From assembly GCA_963851265.1 (NCBI GenBank), contig CAWKNZ010000006.1, positions 128,001-192,000 of the forward strand: a DNA stretch of 64,000 bases. The letters run 5' to 3'. The notes under the pieces are model-generated. The model did not search any database. It was not told where the DNA came from and saw only the letters and a program-made list of their open reading frames with translations. A program made the translations under genes and the position numbers. This document shows, one piece after another, positions 12,378 to 22,459 of the stretch (the first letter of the stretch is position 1; each line of letters opens with the position of its first letter). The DNA comes from an uncultured Gemmatimonadales bacterium (lineage in GTDB: Bacteria > Gemmatimonadota > Gemmatimonadetes > Gemmatimonadales > Gemmatimonadaceae).

Positions 12378-14090
12378 TCAGGCCACGACGGCGGCGTCGC
12401 GGAGCAGCGCCTCGACGAGCACCGCGCGCGCCGCGTGGTCGCCGTCGCCGATCGCCGGCGGGTCGATCAGCTCGGCGTAGCAGCGCGCCGCCGCCGCGGG
12501 CGCGGGATCACCCGCCGCGGCACCGCGCGCCGCATCCTCGGCGAGCAGCACGAGCGCGAGGCTCTGCGCCAGCCGGTGCAGCAGGCGGCGCGCGTACACC
12601 GGACCGGCGTCGGGCGACGCGGTGGTCGCGGCGTAGGCGCGCCGGTCCCCGTCGAGGCGGCCCGCGAGCGCCGCGCGCAGCCCGCCGGGTTCGTCAGGCA
12701 GCACGGCGAGCGCCCCGCCCGCGCGGCGCTCGTACGCGGCGAACCCGCCGTAGCGCGGGTGGAGCAGGCGCATGAGTTCGAGCGCCTGGATGTTGGCGGG
12801 CCCTTCCCACACGGTGAGCACCTGCGCGTCGCGCAGGAGACGCTCGACCGGGTAATCGCGCGTGTAGCCGTTCCCGCCGAGCAGTTCGAGCGCGGCGCGG
12901 CTCGCGGCCACCGCGTCGTCGGCGGTCAGGTACTTCGCGAGGGCGGTGGTCAGGCGCAGCCACGCCCGGCGCGCGGGGTCGCGAAGCGCGTCGTCGACCG
13001 CGCCCGCGGCCTCGAAGGCGAGGAGGGTGCCCGCGCGCCACCGCACCGCCAGCTCGGCGAGCGTCTCCTGCACCATCGGGTAGTCGGCGATCGCGCGGCC
13101 GAACGCGCGCCGCCGCGTCGCCCACGCGAGCGCTTCCGCGAGCGCCCGGCGCTGCACGCCGGCCGCGCCGACGGCGTTGTGCACGCGGCTGTAAGTGAGC
13201 GCCTCGAGCATCAGGCGCAACCCGTCCGGCGGCGCCGCGACCTCCACGGCTTCGGCGCCTAACAGCTCGATCTCGCCGGTCGGCAGGCCGCGCGTGCCGA
13301 GCTTCTCCTTGAGGCGGCGGATGAGGTAGTGGTTGACGCGCCCGTCGTCGAGGTGGCTCGGGACCAGGTAGAGGCCGAGCCCGGCGGAGCCCGGCGGGGC
13401 GCCCGCCGGGCGGGCGGTGGCGAGCGCGAGGCCGCCGTTGGCGTTGCTGGCGAACCACTTGAGGCCGTGGAGCGCGTGCGTCGCGGTCCAGCGACCCGCG
13501 ACATCCGGCTGAGCCGCGACCGGACGCGCCTCGGTGGTCGTCGCGCCCACGTCGCTGCCGCCGTGCATCTCGGTCGCCCAGGTGCCGCCGGTCTTGGCGC
13601 GCCCGTCCGTCCGGGTGAGGTCGGGCAGGAACCGTTCGCGCAGCGCGGGCGAGGCGAAGTGGCCGAGCACGTACGCGACCGCGCCGGTGAGGGTGACCGG
13701 GCAGTGCAGGCTGATGTCGGCCTGCGACAGCAGGTACCCCATCGTGAAGCTCAGCAGATGCGGCGCGCCGTCGTGGTACGGACGGCCGACGATGCCGCGC
13801 GCGTAGACCTCGTCGTGCTGGGCGGCGTAGGCGGCGTTGAGCACGATCCGGTTGACCACGCGCCCGTCGCGGTCGTACGTCTCGAGCCGCGGCGGCGCGT
13901 CGCGGTCCGTCGTTGCCGCCTGCGCGTCGACCTCGGTCCGCACCCAGCGGTGGAAGTCGCCGAGCTCCGCGCGGTACCGGTCGAAGCCGGGCACGCGCGC
14001 TTCGAGTCGCGGGGCGAGGTACGCGTCGTACGCGTCGTCGGCGTGACGCGCGGGCGCGGCACGCGGCGGGGCGTTGCGGTCGGTCGTCAC
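12378..14090 (-). CDS. Acyl-CoA dehydrogenase, AidB-like
   Basis: CPVTLT, TWATEMHGGSDVG, GLKWFAS, RRLKEKLGTRGLPTGE, RRAFG, LGGNGY, VWEGPANIQAL. Confidence 0.85.
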   Translation of the reverse strand: MTTDRNAPPRAAPARHADDAYDAYLAPRLEARVPGFDRYRAELGDFHRWVRTEVDAQAATTDRDAPPRLETYDRDGRVVNRIVLNAAYAAQHDEVYARGIVGRPYHDGAPHLLSFTMGYLLSQADISLHCPVTLTGAVAYVLGHFASPALRERFLPDLTRTDGRAKTGGTWATEMHGGSDVGATTTEARPVAAQPDVAGRWTATHALHGLKWFASNANGGLALATARPAGAPPGSAGLGLYLVPSHLDDGRVNHYLIRRLKEKLGTRGLPTGEIELLGAEAVEVAAPPDGLRLMLEALTYSRVHNAVGAAGVQRRALAEALAWATRRRAFGRAIADYPMVQETLAELAVRWRAGTLLAFEAAGAVDDALRDPARRAWLRLTTALAKYLTADDAVAASRAALELLGGNGYTRDYPVERLLRDAQVLTVWEGPANIQALELMRLLHPRYGGFAAYERRAGGALAVLPDEPGGLRAALAGRLDGDRRAYAATTASPDAGPVYARRLLHRLAQSLALVLLAEDAARGAAAGDPAPAAAARCYAELIDPPAIGDGDHAARAVLVEALLRDAAVVA

Positions 14091-14205
14091 GACGCGAATC
14101 CTACGGCGCGGTCCGCTGCGGCGTTATGGTTGCCGTGACGCGCGGCGTATGCCGCGCGGGGAAGCGCACCTGCGCGCGCGACCGAACGGTCAACGGAGGA
14201 TGGGC

Positions 14206-16239
14206 ATGGCGGGCCTACGGGGTCGAACCACGGCGGCAATCGGGCACGCGGCGCCCACGGCGCGGTTCGGCGGGCCCGCGGCGCTGGCCGCGCGGGTCGG
14301 CGCCGTACTCATGGCGGTCACGGCGCTCGCCCCGGCGCTCGCCCCGGCGCGCGCGCCGGCGCAGCCTGCGGCCGCGCGAGCCGCGGCCGCGCCGGGTGCC
14401 CCGACGGAGGGTCTCTACCTTCCGCGCGCGGTCAAGCGCGCATTCTCCCGGGGCACGCGCTCGCTCGACGGGCGACCTGGCCCGCGCTACTGGCAAAACC
14501 GCGCGCGCTACACGATCACGCTCACCACGCTGCCTCCCGACCGCGCGGTGCGCGGGACGGAGCAGATCGTCTACGCGAACAACAGCCCCGACACGCTGCG
14601 GACGCTCGTGTTCAAGCTGTTCGCCAACATCCACAAGCCGGGTGCACCGCGCGAGGCGCCGGCGAGCCCCGATTATCTCACGTCGGGCGTGCAGGTCGAC
14701 GCGTTCACGGTCGACGGCCGCGAGGCGCGCTGGGGCGACGACGCGCGCACCTTCACGGTGCACGAGGTGCCGCTCGCCACGCCGCTCCTGCCGCACGACT
14801 CGGTCCGCCTCGCGATCAGCTGGCACTACGACCTGTCGCGCGAGGCCGGCCGCGAGGGGATGCTCGACTCGACGACGTCGTACCTCGCGTACTTCTACCC
14901 GCGCGTGGCCGTCTACGACGACTACAACGGGTGGGACCGGATGACGTTCACCGACGCGCAGGAGTTCTACAGCGACTTCAACGACTACGACGTCACGCTG
15001 CGCGTGCCGGCCAACGACGTCGTCTGGGGCACGGGCACGCTGACCAACGCCGCGGCCGTGTTGCGCCCCGAGCCGCTCCGGCGCTTTCGGGCGTCGCTGA
15101 CGTCGGACACCACGATCCACGTCGCCACGCGCGCGGAGTTGGCCGCGCACAGCGTCACCGTCCCCGCGGCGGCCGCCGGCGCGCCGGTCGCGTGGCACTT
15201 CGCCGCGACCAACGTGCCCGACGTGACCTTCGCCGTGAGCGACCACTACGTGTGGGATGCCGCGAGCGTCGTGGTCGACACGGCAACGGGCCGGCGCGCG
15301 GGCGTGCAGGCCGCGTACAACGACACGGCCGTCGACTTCCGCTCCATGGTGCAGTTCGGCCGCCACTCGCTCGACTGGCTGTCGCGCCACTGGCCGGGCG
15401 TGCCCTACCCGTACGAGAAGACGACGGTGGTGCAGGGCAGCGCCGACATGGAGTACCCGATGATGGTCAACGACGGCAGCACGCGCGACACCACGTTCTC
15501 GCGCTTCGTCGTCGAGCACGAGATCGCGCACACGTGGTTCCCGTTCTACATGGGGATCAACGAGACGCGCTACGGCTTCATGGACGAGGGCTGGGCGACG
15601 ACGTTCGAGTACCTCATCGGGCTCGCCGACCTCGGCGCCGCGCGCGAGACGGCCTTCTACCAGCAGTTCCGCGTCGCGCGCTGGATCCGCGATCCGTCGC
15701 CGGTCGAGGACCTCCCGATCGTCACCCCGGGCGACGTACTCTCCGGCGCGGGACTCGGCAACAACGAGTACGGCAAGGCGTCGCTCGGCTACCTGGCCGT
15801 GAAGGATCTGTTAGGCGACGCCGTGTTCCGCCGGTCGCTGCACGCGTTCATGGACCGGTGGCACGGGAGGCACCCGATCCCGTGGGACTTCTTCGACACC
15901 TTCGACGACGTGTCCGGGCAGAACCTCGACTGGTTCTGGCGCGCCTGGTTCTTCTCCAACGCGTACATCGACCTCGCGGTCGACGGCGTGCGGGGGACGC
16001 CCGGCGGCTACGCCGTCTCGCTCCGCAACGTCGGCGGCATGCCGGCGCCCGTGAACCTCGTGCTGACCTACGCCGACGGCAGCACCGAGACCGTGCACGA
16101 GACGCCGGCGATCTGGGCGTCCGACCAGCAGCGCGCGACGGTCACCCTCCGCACGGGCAAGGCGCTCCGCTCGCTCGCGCTGGAGGGCGGCATCTTCATG
16201 GACGCGGACCGCTCGAACGACCGCTGGCAGGCGCCGTAG
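14206..16239 (+). CDS. Secreted M1 family metallo-aminopeptidase
   Basis: GGAGG 6 nt before ATG 14206; DGRPGPRYWQN, ADMEYPM, HEIAH...MDEG zinc motif, LDWFWRAWF. Confidence 0.88.
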   Translation: MAGLRGRTTAAIGHAAPTARFGGPAALAARVGAVLMAVTALAPALAPARAPAQPAAARAAAAPGAPTEGLYLPRAVKRAFSRGTRSLDGRPGPRYWQNRARYTITLTTLPPDRAVRGTEQIVYANNSPDTLRTLVFKLFANIHKPGAPREAPASPDYLTSGVQVDAFTVDGREARWGDDARTFTVHEVPLATPLLPHDSVRLAISWHYDLSREAGREGMLDSTTSYLAYFYPRVAVYDDYNGWDRMTFTDAQEFYSDFNDYDVTLRVPANDVVWGTGTLTNAAAVLRPEPLRRFRASLTSDTTIHVATRAELAAHSVTVPAAAAGAPVAWHFAATNVPDVTFAVSDHYVWDAASVVVDTATGRRAGVQAAYNDTAVDFRSMVQFGRHSLDWLSRHWPGVPYPYEKTTVVQGSADMEYPMMVNDGSTRDTTFSRFVVEHEIAHTWFPFYMGINETRYGFMDEGWATTFEYLIGLADLGAARETAFYQQFRVARWIRDPSPVEDLPIVTPGDVLSGAGLGNNEYGKASLGYLAVKDLLGDAVFRRSLHAFMDRWHGRHPIPWDFFDTFDDVSGQNLDWFWRAWFFSNAYIDLAVDGVRGTPGGYAVSLRNVGGMPAPVNLVLTYADGSTETVHETPAIWASDQQRATVTLRTGKALRSLALEGGIFMDADRSNDRWQAP

Positions 16240-18037
16240 CGACGCCGCCCGCCTTCACCCGCGTGGTCCACTCGCGCACGCGCTGCTCGAGCACGTCCAT
16301 GGGCAGCGCGCCGGCGCCGAGCACCTCGTCGTGGAAGGCGCGCACGTCGAAGCGTGGGCCTAACGTCTGGCGGGCCTCGTCGCGGAGGCGCAGGATCGTC
16401 AGCTGCCCGACCTTGTACGCGAGCGCCTGACCCGGCCACGCGATGTAGCGGTCGGTCTCCGATTGCACCTCCGCGTCGGCCGCGCTCGAGTGCGCCCGAA
16501 AGAACGCCACGGCCTGCTCGCGCGTCCACCGCCGGTCGTGGATGCCGGTGTCGAGCACGAGGCGGATCGCGCGGAGCATCTCGTCGTCCAGGCGCCCGTA
16601 GTCGCTGTACGGGTTCTGGTAAAACCCGACCTCCTTGCCGAGCCGCTCGGCGTACAGCGCCCACCCCTCGACGTACGCGGTGTAGCCCGCCTGCTGGCGG
16701 AACGGCGGGAGCGACGGCAGCTCCTGCGCGATCGAGACCTGCATGTGGTGCCCCGGCACCCCCTCGTGGTACGCCGTCGACTCGTTGTTGATGGTGAGCT
16801 GGTGCGCGAAGTCGTAGGTGTTGACGAACACGTGCCCGGGGCGCGACCCGTCGGGCGTGCCCTGGTTGTACGCGGTCGACGCCTCCTTCTCGCGGAACGG
16901 CTCGACCGGCAGGATCTCCAGCTTCGCCTTCGGCAGCCGGCCGAAGAGCGTGGGGAGCTTCGCCCACATCTGCGCCGTGTAGCGGCGGTACTCGTCGAGG
17001 ATCTGCTCGCGCGAGGTCGGGTGCAGGGCCGGGATCTTCACGATCGAGTCGCGGAACGTGCGGACGTCGGCGAAGCCGAGCCGGCGCGCGATGGCGAGCT
17101 GCTCGCCCTCGATGCGCGCGACCTCCCGCAGCCCGAGCGCGTGGATCTCGTCGGGCGTCATGCGCGTGGTCGTCGTGCGGCGCACGGCGAGCGCGTACCG
17201 CGCCGCGCCGTTAGGCAACGCCCGCGTGCCGATGTCGGCGCGCCCGCGCGGCGCGTACTCGTCGCGGACGAAGGCGGTGAAGCGCAGGTACGCGGGCAGC
17301 ACGCTGTCGCGCACGGCGGCGAGCACGGCGGCGCGCAGCCGCGCCCGGTCGGCGTCGGAGAACTCCTTCGGCATCTGCGCGAGCGGCACCGCGAACGGCG
17401 TCGAGTCGGGCGCCTGGCCCGCGATGCCGCCCGCCTGCGTCGCCACCTGGGTGAGCAGGATCTTCGGCGGCATGAGCCCCTCCGCCATCCCCTCCCGCAT
17501 CACGGCGGTCACCTGCGCGAAGGCCCGCGGCACCGCGCGGAGTCGTGCGACGTAGTCGTCGTAGTCCTTGACGGTCGCGAACGAGAGCGAGGTGACGAGC
17601 TGTGGCAGGTCGATGTGCAGCCCCGACATCTGCGTGACCGGCATCTCCCACTCGCGGAAGGGCGCGGCCTCCAGCGCGGTGCGCAGGTTGAGCAGCATCA
17701 GGTCGCGGTTGAGCCGCTCCTGCTCGGGGAAGCCCGCCGTGTCGATAGCCGCGAAGCGCGCTTCGAACCGCCGTGCCGCGGCGACGTCGCGCTCGGCGGC
17801 GGCCGCCGACATGTCGCTGAGCTGGTCGTTGTAGCGCTTGTCGCCGAGCACCGACGCGAATTCGGGCGTCGTCCGCAGCGTGTACTCCCACTGCTCGTCG
17901 AGCAGGGCGTGGAGCGCGCGGACGCGGTCCTGAACGGCGGGGGAGAGCGTCACGGGCGGCGGAGCCACCTGTGCGCCCGCGCGGGCGCTGGCACAGGCGA
18001 GAACGAGCGCGGCGAGCAGCCGGGGAGTGCGCGGCAT
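16196..18037 (-). CDS. DUF885 family secreted protein (putative metallopeptidase)
   Basis: 3' part of ORF 16196..19186, start MPRTPRLLAAL; HEGVPGHHMQ, AYVEGWALYAE, RLVLDTGIH, PGQALAYKVG, FDVRAFHD. Confidence 0.9.
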   Translation of the reverse strand: MPRTPRLLAALVLACASARAGAQVAPPPVTLSPAVQDRVRALHALLDEQWEYTLRTTPEFASVLGDKRYNDQLSDMSAAAAERDVAAARRFEARFAAIDTAGFPEQERLNRDLMLLNLRTALEAAPFREWEMPVTQMSGLHIDLPQLVTSLSFATVKDYDDYVARLRAVPRAFAQVTAVMREGMAEGLMPPKILLTQVATQAGGIAGQAPDSTPFAVPLAQMPKEFSDADRARLRAAVLAAVRDSVLPAYLRFTAFVRDEYAPRGRADIGTRALPNGAARYALAVRRTTTTRMTPDEIHALGLREVARIEGEQLAIARRLGFADVRTFRDSIVKIPALHPTSREQILDEYRRYTAQMWAKLPTLFGRLPKAKLEILPVEPFREKEASTAYNQGTPDGSRPGHVFVNTYDFAHQLTINNESTAYHEGVPGHHMQVSIAQELPSLPPFRQQAGYTAYVEGWALYAERLGKEVGFYQNPYSDYGRLDDEMLRAIRLVLDTGIHDRRWTREQAVAFFRAHSSAADAEVQSETDRYIAWPGQALAYKVGQLTILRLRDEARQTLGPRFDVRAFHDEVLGAGALPMDVLEQRVREWTTRVKAGGVATAPASGRSSGPRP

Positions 18038-18196
18038 GACGGGAACGCAAGAGTGGGGCGTGAGGCGGCTCGCCGGGGCGGCCCGCCGTGCGGCGGAGGT
18101 GCGAAGGACGTGCTGAGCGGAATATGCGTCACGTCGCCAGCTTTCCACCGCGCCGCGCGTGTTCGACGTGCGGCACGCCTCCCCGCACGGCTTCTC

Positions 18197-19540
18197 GTGA
18201 CCACGCTCAACGCGCTCCGCGTCCTCGCCCGCGGCGCCTGTCTGGCCGCCCTCTGCGCGACGCACCTCGCCGCGCAGGCGCCGGTGGATTCCGCGCTCGC
18301 GGCGTACATCGCCGGCGTGCGCGCGATCGACGCGCACGCCCATCCCATGCGCCCCGTCGCGCCGGGCGCGCCCGCGGACTCGGAGTACGACGCGCTGCCG
18401 CTCGACGGCATCCCGCCCGCCCCCCTGCCCGCGCGCTTCCGGCCCGGGCACCCGTCGTGGCGCGCGGCGCAGCGCGCGCTCTACGGCGTCACGCCGGCCG
18501 ACACGACGGCCGCCGCCGCCGCGCCGCTCGCGGCCGCCGTCGCGCGCGTGCAGGCGGCACGCGGCGCGGCGTTCCCGGCCTGGGCGCTGGACCAGGCGGG
18601 CGTGGAGGTGATGCTCGCCAACCGCGTGGCGATGGGCCCGGGACTCGACGCGCCCCGCTTTCGTTGGATCTCGTTCGTCGACGCGCTGATGCTGCCGTTG
18701 GACGTCCGCGGCGAGGCGGCGCGCACGCCAGACGTGCGGTCGCTCTATCCGCGGGAGGCGACGCTCCTGCAGCGCTACCTCCGCGACCTGGGGCTGCGGG
18801 CGGTCCCGCCGACCCTCGACGCCTACGTGCGCCAGGTGGTCGCGCCGACGCTCGACCGGCAGCAACGCGCCGGCGCGGTCGGCGTGAAGTTCGAGGCGGC
18901 GTACCTGCGCCCGCTCGACTTCGACGACCCGGATCCGGCGCTCGCGCGCCGAGTCTACGCGCGGTACGTGGCGGGCGGCACGCCGACGCACGCCGAGTAC
19001 AAGGCCCTGCAGGACTACCTGTTTCGCGAGATCGCGCGGGCGGCGGGGCGGCGCGGGCTCGCCGTGCAGATCCACGTGCTCGAGCAGTTCGGCGGCTTCT
19101 ACTCCGCGCGCGGCAGCGCGCCGCACCTGCTCGAGCCGGCGTTCAACGATTCGACGCTTCGGGGCACGAACTTCGTCCTCGTGCACGGCGGCTGGCCGCT
19201 CGTCGGCGAGACGCAGGCGCTGCTCGCGAAGCCGAACGTCTACGCCGACGTCTCGATGATGGACCTGCTCGTGGAGCCGCCCGTCCTCGCAGGCGTGCTG
19301 CGGCCGTGGCTCGACGAGTGGCCGGAGAAGGTGCTCTACGGCAGCGACGCGTTCGACAACGGGCCCGCGCAGGGGTGGGAGCAGGCCGCCTGGGTCGCGT
19401 CCGCCAACGCGCGGCGTGCGTTAGGCATCACGCTCTCCGCGATGCTCGGCGACGGCGAGGTCGACCGGGCGGGCGCCGAGCGGCTCGCGCGGATGGTGTT
19501 GCGCGAGAACGCGCGCGCGGCCTACCCGCGGCTGCGCTGA
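18197..19540 (+). CDS. Secreted amidohydrolase-superfamily protein
   Basis: 3' part of ORF 16463..19540; signal peptide, IDAHAH metal motif, VKFEAAY, QIH, FVLVHGGWP, KVLYGSD. Confidence 0.8.
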   Translation: MTTLNALRVLARGACLAALCATHLAAQAPVDSALAAYIAGVRAIDAHAHPMRPVAPGAPADSEYDALPLDGIPPAPLPARFRPGHPSWRAAQRALYGVTPADTTAAAAAPLAAAVARVQAARGAAFPAWALDQAGVEVMLANRVAMGPGLDAPRFRWISFVDALMLPLDVRGEAARTPDVRSLYPREATLLQRYLRDLGLRAVPPTLDAYVRQVVAPTLDRQQRAGAVGVKFEAAYLRPLDFDDPDPALARRVYARYVAGGTPTHAEYKALQDYLFREIARAAGRRGLAVQIHVLEQFGGFYSARGSAPHLLEPAFNDSTLRGTNFVLVHGGWPLVGETQALLAKPNVYADVSMMDLLVEPPVLAGVLRPWLDEWPEKVLYGSDAFDNGPAQGWEQAAWVASANARRALGITLSAMLGDGEVDRAGAERLARMVLRENARAAYPRLR

Positions 19541-19586
19541 GCGCGTCGCCCGCGACGGCGGGGTCCACCCGGCGGCGGCGCGTCAC

Positions 19587-21200
19587 TCAGCGGAGCGGCG
19601 GCGTGCTCGCCGGCGGCCGGCGGTGCCCGGTGGCCTGCTCGTACGCGTACGCGAGGCGGAAGAGGGTCGCCTCGCTCCACGCGCGTCCGAAGAGGGTGAG
19701 CCCCGCCGGCAGATTGCCCCGCGTGTAGCCCATCGGCACCTGCACGGCGGGCCAGCCGGTGGTCGGCGAGAAGATCTGGCTGTTGTCGCCCGCCGGCGTG
19801 TTCAGGTCGCCGATCAGCCGCGGCGGGTTGCTCCACGTCGGGTACACGAGCGCGTCGACCTTGAGTCGGTCCATCGCGGCGAGCACGGCCGCGCGCACGC
19901 CCGTGCGGAGCCGCTCCGTGGCGGCGCAGCCGGGGCTCGCCTCGGGCGCGACCGTCGCGCGCTGGGCGTACGTGAGGCGCGGCTCGATGGACGGGTGAAA
20001 CCGCCGCGAGCGGACGATCTCGTCGAGGGTGTGCACCGGCGTCCGCCCGCCCGTGCTCGCGAGCCACCGCTCGAGGTCGTACTTGAAGCGGTTACACTCG
20101 CCGGTCTCCGTGCGGAGCAGGGAATCGAGCCCCGCGATCGGCACGCTGTCGAGCACCGTCGCGCCGGCGCGCCGCAGGTCGGCCACCGCGCGGTCGAACA
20201 CGGCGAGCACCTCCGGGTCGGCCGACGGCCGCACGTACGCCTGGCGGAGAATCGCGAGCCGCGCCCCGTGGAGCCCGTCCCGCACGAGCGCGTCGGCGTA
20301 GTGCGGCATCGGGTGGGCGCGCGCTGCGTTCGTCGTCGAGTCGGCCGGGTCGTAGCCCGCGACGACCTGGAACACCGCGACCGCGTCGGCCACGGTGCGC
20401 GCCATCGGGCCGGCGATGTCGTAGCCGAGGTTGAGGGGGACGACGCCGGCGCGACTCGTGAGGCCCATCGTCGAGCGGATGCCCACGAGGGCGAGGTGCG
20501 ACGACGGGCCGCGGATCGAGTTCCCCGTGTCGGTGCCGAGTCCCACCTCGCCGAGGTTGGCGGCCACCGCGGCGGCCGTGCCCCCACTCGAGCCCGCGGT
20601 CACGCGGTCGAGGGCGTAGGGGTTCTTCGTGTAGCCGGGCAGAATGGAGCTGACGGTCTCGTACGGCGTGAACGCGAACTCCGCCATGTTCGACTTGGCG
20701 AGGACGATCGCGCCCGCGGCGCGCACGCGTTCCACCATCGTCGCGTCGCGCACGGGCACGTAGCCCGCAAGCGAGAGCGAGCCCGCCGTGGTGGCGAGGC
20801 CGGCCGTCTCGAAATTGTCCTTCACGATCACCGGTACGCAGTGGAGCGGCCCCACCGGCCCGGCCGCGCGGAAGCGCGCGTCGAGCGAGTCGGCCGTGCG
20901 CAGCGCGTCGGGATTCTGCACGATAAGCGCATTGACGGCCGGCCCGTTCTTGTCGTACGCGGCGGTCCGCTGCAGGTAGCGCGCGACGAGGTCGTGGCAG
21001 GTGAGCGTGCCCGCGCGCATCGCGGCGTGCACGTCGGCAATCGTCGTCTCCTCGAGGCGAAAGGGCGACGGGGCGACGGCCTGCGGCGCCTGCGCGGTCG
21101 CGACGCGCGCGCTCACGAGGGCGGGTCCACTCGCGAGCGCGGCGTGGAGGAGGGCGCGCCCCGATCGGGCACGTCGCACGGCAACACGGGATGTCGACAT
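19587..21200 (-). CDS. Secreted amidase (amidase-signature family)
   Basis: GPLHCVPVIVKDN, GSSGGT, GTDTGNSIRGPS (Ser-cisSer-Lys triad), C-terminal LFRLAYAYEQ. Confidence 0.92.
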   Translation of the reverse strand: MSTSRVAVRRARSGRALLHAALASGPALVSARVATAQAPQAVAPSPFRLEETTIADVHAAMRAGTLTCHDLVARYLQRTAAYDKNGPAVNALIVQNPDALRTADSLDARFRAAGPVGPLHCVPVIVKDNFETAGLATTAGSLSLAGYVPVRDATMVERVRAAGAIVLAKSNMAEFAFTPYETVSSILPGYTKNPYALDRVTAGSSGGTAAAVAANLGEVGLGTDTGNSIRGPSSHLALVGIRSTMGLTSRAGVVPLNLGYDIAGPMARTVADAVAVFQVVAGYDPADSTTNAARAHPMPHYADALVRDGLHGARLAILRQAYVRPSADPEVLAVFDRAVADLRRAGATVLDSVPIAGLDSLLRTETGECNRFKYDLERWLASTGGRTPVHTLDEIVRSRRFHPSIEPRLTYAQRATVAPEASPGCAATERLRTGVRAAVLAAMDRLKVDALVYPTWSNPPRLIGDLNTPAGDNSQIFSPTTGWPAVQVPMGYTRGNLPAGLTLFGRAWSEATLFRLAYAYEQATGHRRPPASTPPLR

Positions 21201-21302
21201 TCGGGCGAGCGTACGCAGTCGGCCCCGCTCGCGCAACGGAGGCGCGGGCGGGGCCGAAGCGAACACGTGAGTGGAACCGCGGCGGGAACCCCGCCCGCGC
21301 GA

Positions 21303-22085
21303 TTACGCCGCGCGCGACCCGCGACGGCGTGCCACGAGGGCGATCCCCGCGAGGCTCGCGCCGAGCATCACGACCGCGGTCGGCTCGGGGGTCGCGGTCA
21401 CCGGGGTCTCGGTGATCAGCTCCTGGTACCCGTGGTAGTCGTCGAGTCCGAGGCCGACGCTATTCACGTCGGTGAGCACCGTGAACCGGCTCCAGTCATA
21501 GGCGGCGAACGCCGCCGTCCCGGCGAACGCGTCGGCCGCGGCCTCCCACGACGCGACCGCCCTGGCCTCGCTCGGCATCGCGTAATCGTATGGCGCGAGT
21601 GTCGGCGCGAACTGTAGCCACATCGCGCCCTGAATCCCGGCGGTGTCGGTGAGCGTGTTGACCGTCGAATACTGGTCGACCAGCCACGCCGCCTTGCGGT
21701 AGCGCGTGAGCGCGTCCGAGACCACGCCGCCCTCGCGGGTGTGCGCGACCGACGTGTCGGCGAGATTGTTCAGGTAGACGTTCCAGCCCGACGGGTTGAA
21801 GGTGACGTCGTGAAGCAGGTCGACGCAGAACGCGTCGATGGCTTGGTTGGTCGAGGGGGCGCCGGGTAGCGAGAGGAAGGTCGCCTTGAGGCGGCCGACG
21901 TCGGGCGGCCCGTACTGCGACGTGAAGGCGAGCATGCCCGCCTCGTCGAACCGGATCGTCGCCGTGCCGGGCGCCGTCTGGGCGTGAGCCGACGGTGCGG
22001 CGGTGAGAACGGCCACGCAGGCGGTCGCGGCGATCGTGGCGAAGCGGCGGACGCGGGAGGCGATGGGGAGAGAGAGCAGGCGCAT
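21303..22085 (-). CDS. PEP-CTERM sorting-domain exported protein
   Basis: Signal peptide ending AHA-Q; FCVD and QGAMW segments; C-terminal TATPEP, hydrophobic helix, then RRRG. Confidence 0.85.
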   Translation of the reverse strand: MRLLSLPIASRVRRFATIAATACVAVLTAAPSAHAQTAPGTATIRFDEAGMLAFTSQYGPPDVGRLKATFLSLPGAPSTNQAIDAFCVDLLHDVTFNPSGWNVYLNNLADTSVAHTREGGVVSDALTRYRKAAWLVDQYSTVNTLTDTAGIQGAMWLQFAPTLAPYDYAMPSEARAVASWEAAADAFAGTAAFAAYDWSRFTVLTDVNSVGLGLDDYHGYQELITETPVTATPEPTAVVMLGASLAGIALVARRRGSRAA

Positions 22086-22459
22086 GACGAGTGGTTGGGC
22101 GGCGCGGACGTGGGAAACGTGTTTCGCCGACGACGTCGGCTCCGCGTCCTTTCCGAGGCAGACCGCATTCCGGCCACGTGCATCGGTCGCCCTCGAGTAT
22201 CGGCCTCCAGGCGCTGGCGCGTCCCGGCGTTGTAGCACGTTGCTGGACAACGCGTTACGTCAACGACGTCCAACCGGCGCCGCCGCGCGTGCCCCGCGGC
22301 GTGCGGCATCCGCGCCCGCGGCGCTGTGGCGGGACTGCTACGACTGCGTGGCGGCGCGGCCTCACTCGAGCGCGGCACGCCGCGGGGCGACGCGCCGCGG
22401 CGGGTCGTGCGGACCCGATGCGGCGGGTCCGCGCGGGGCGGCCGAGTGCCGGCGCCGCC

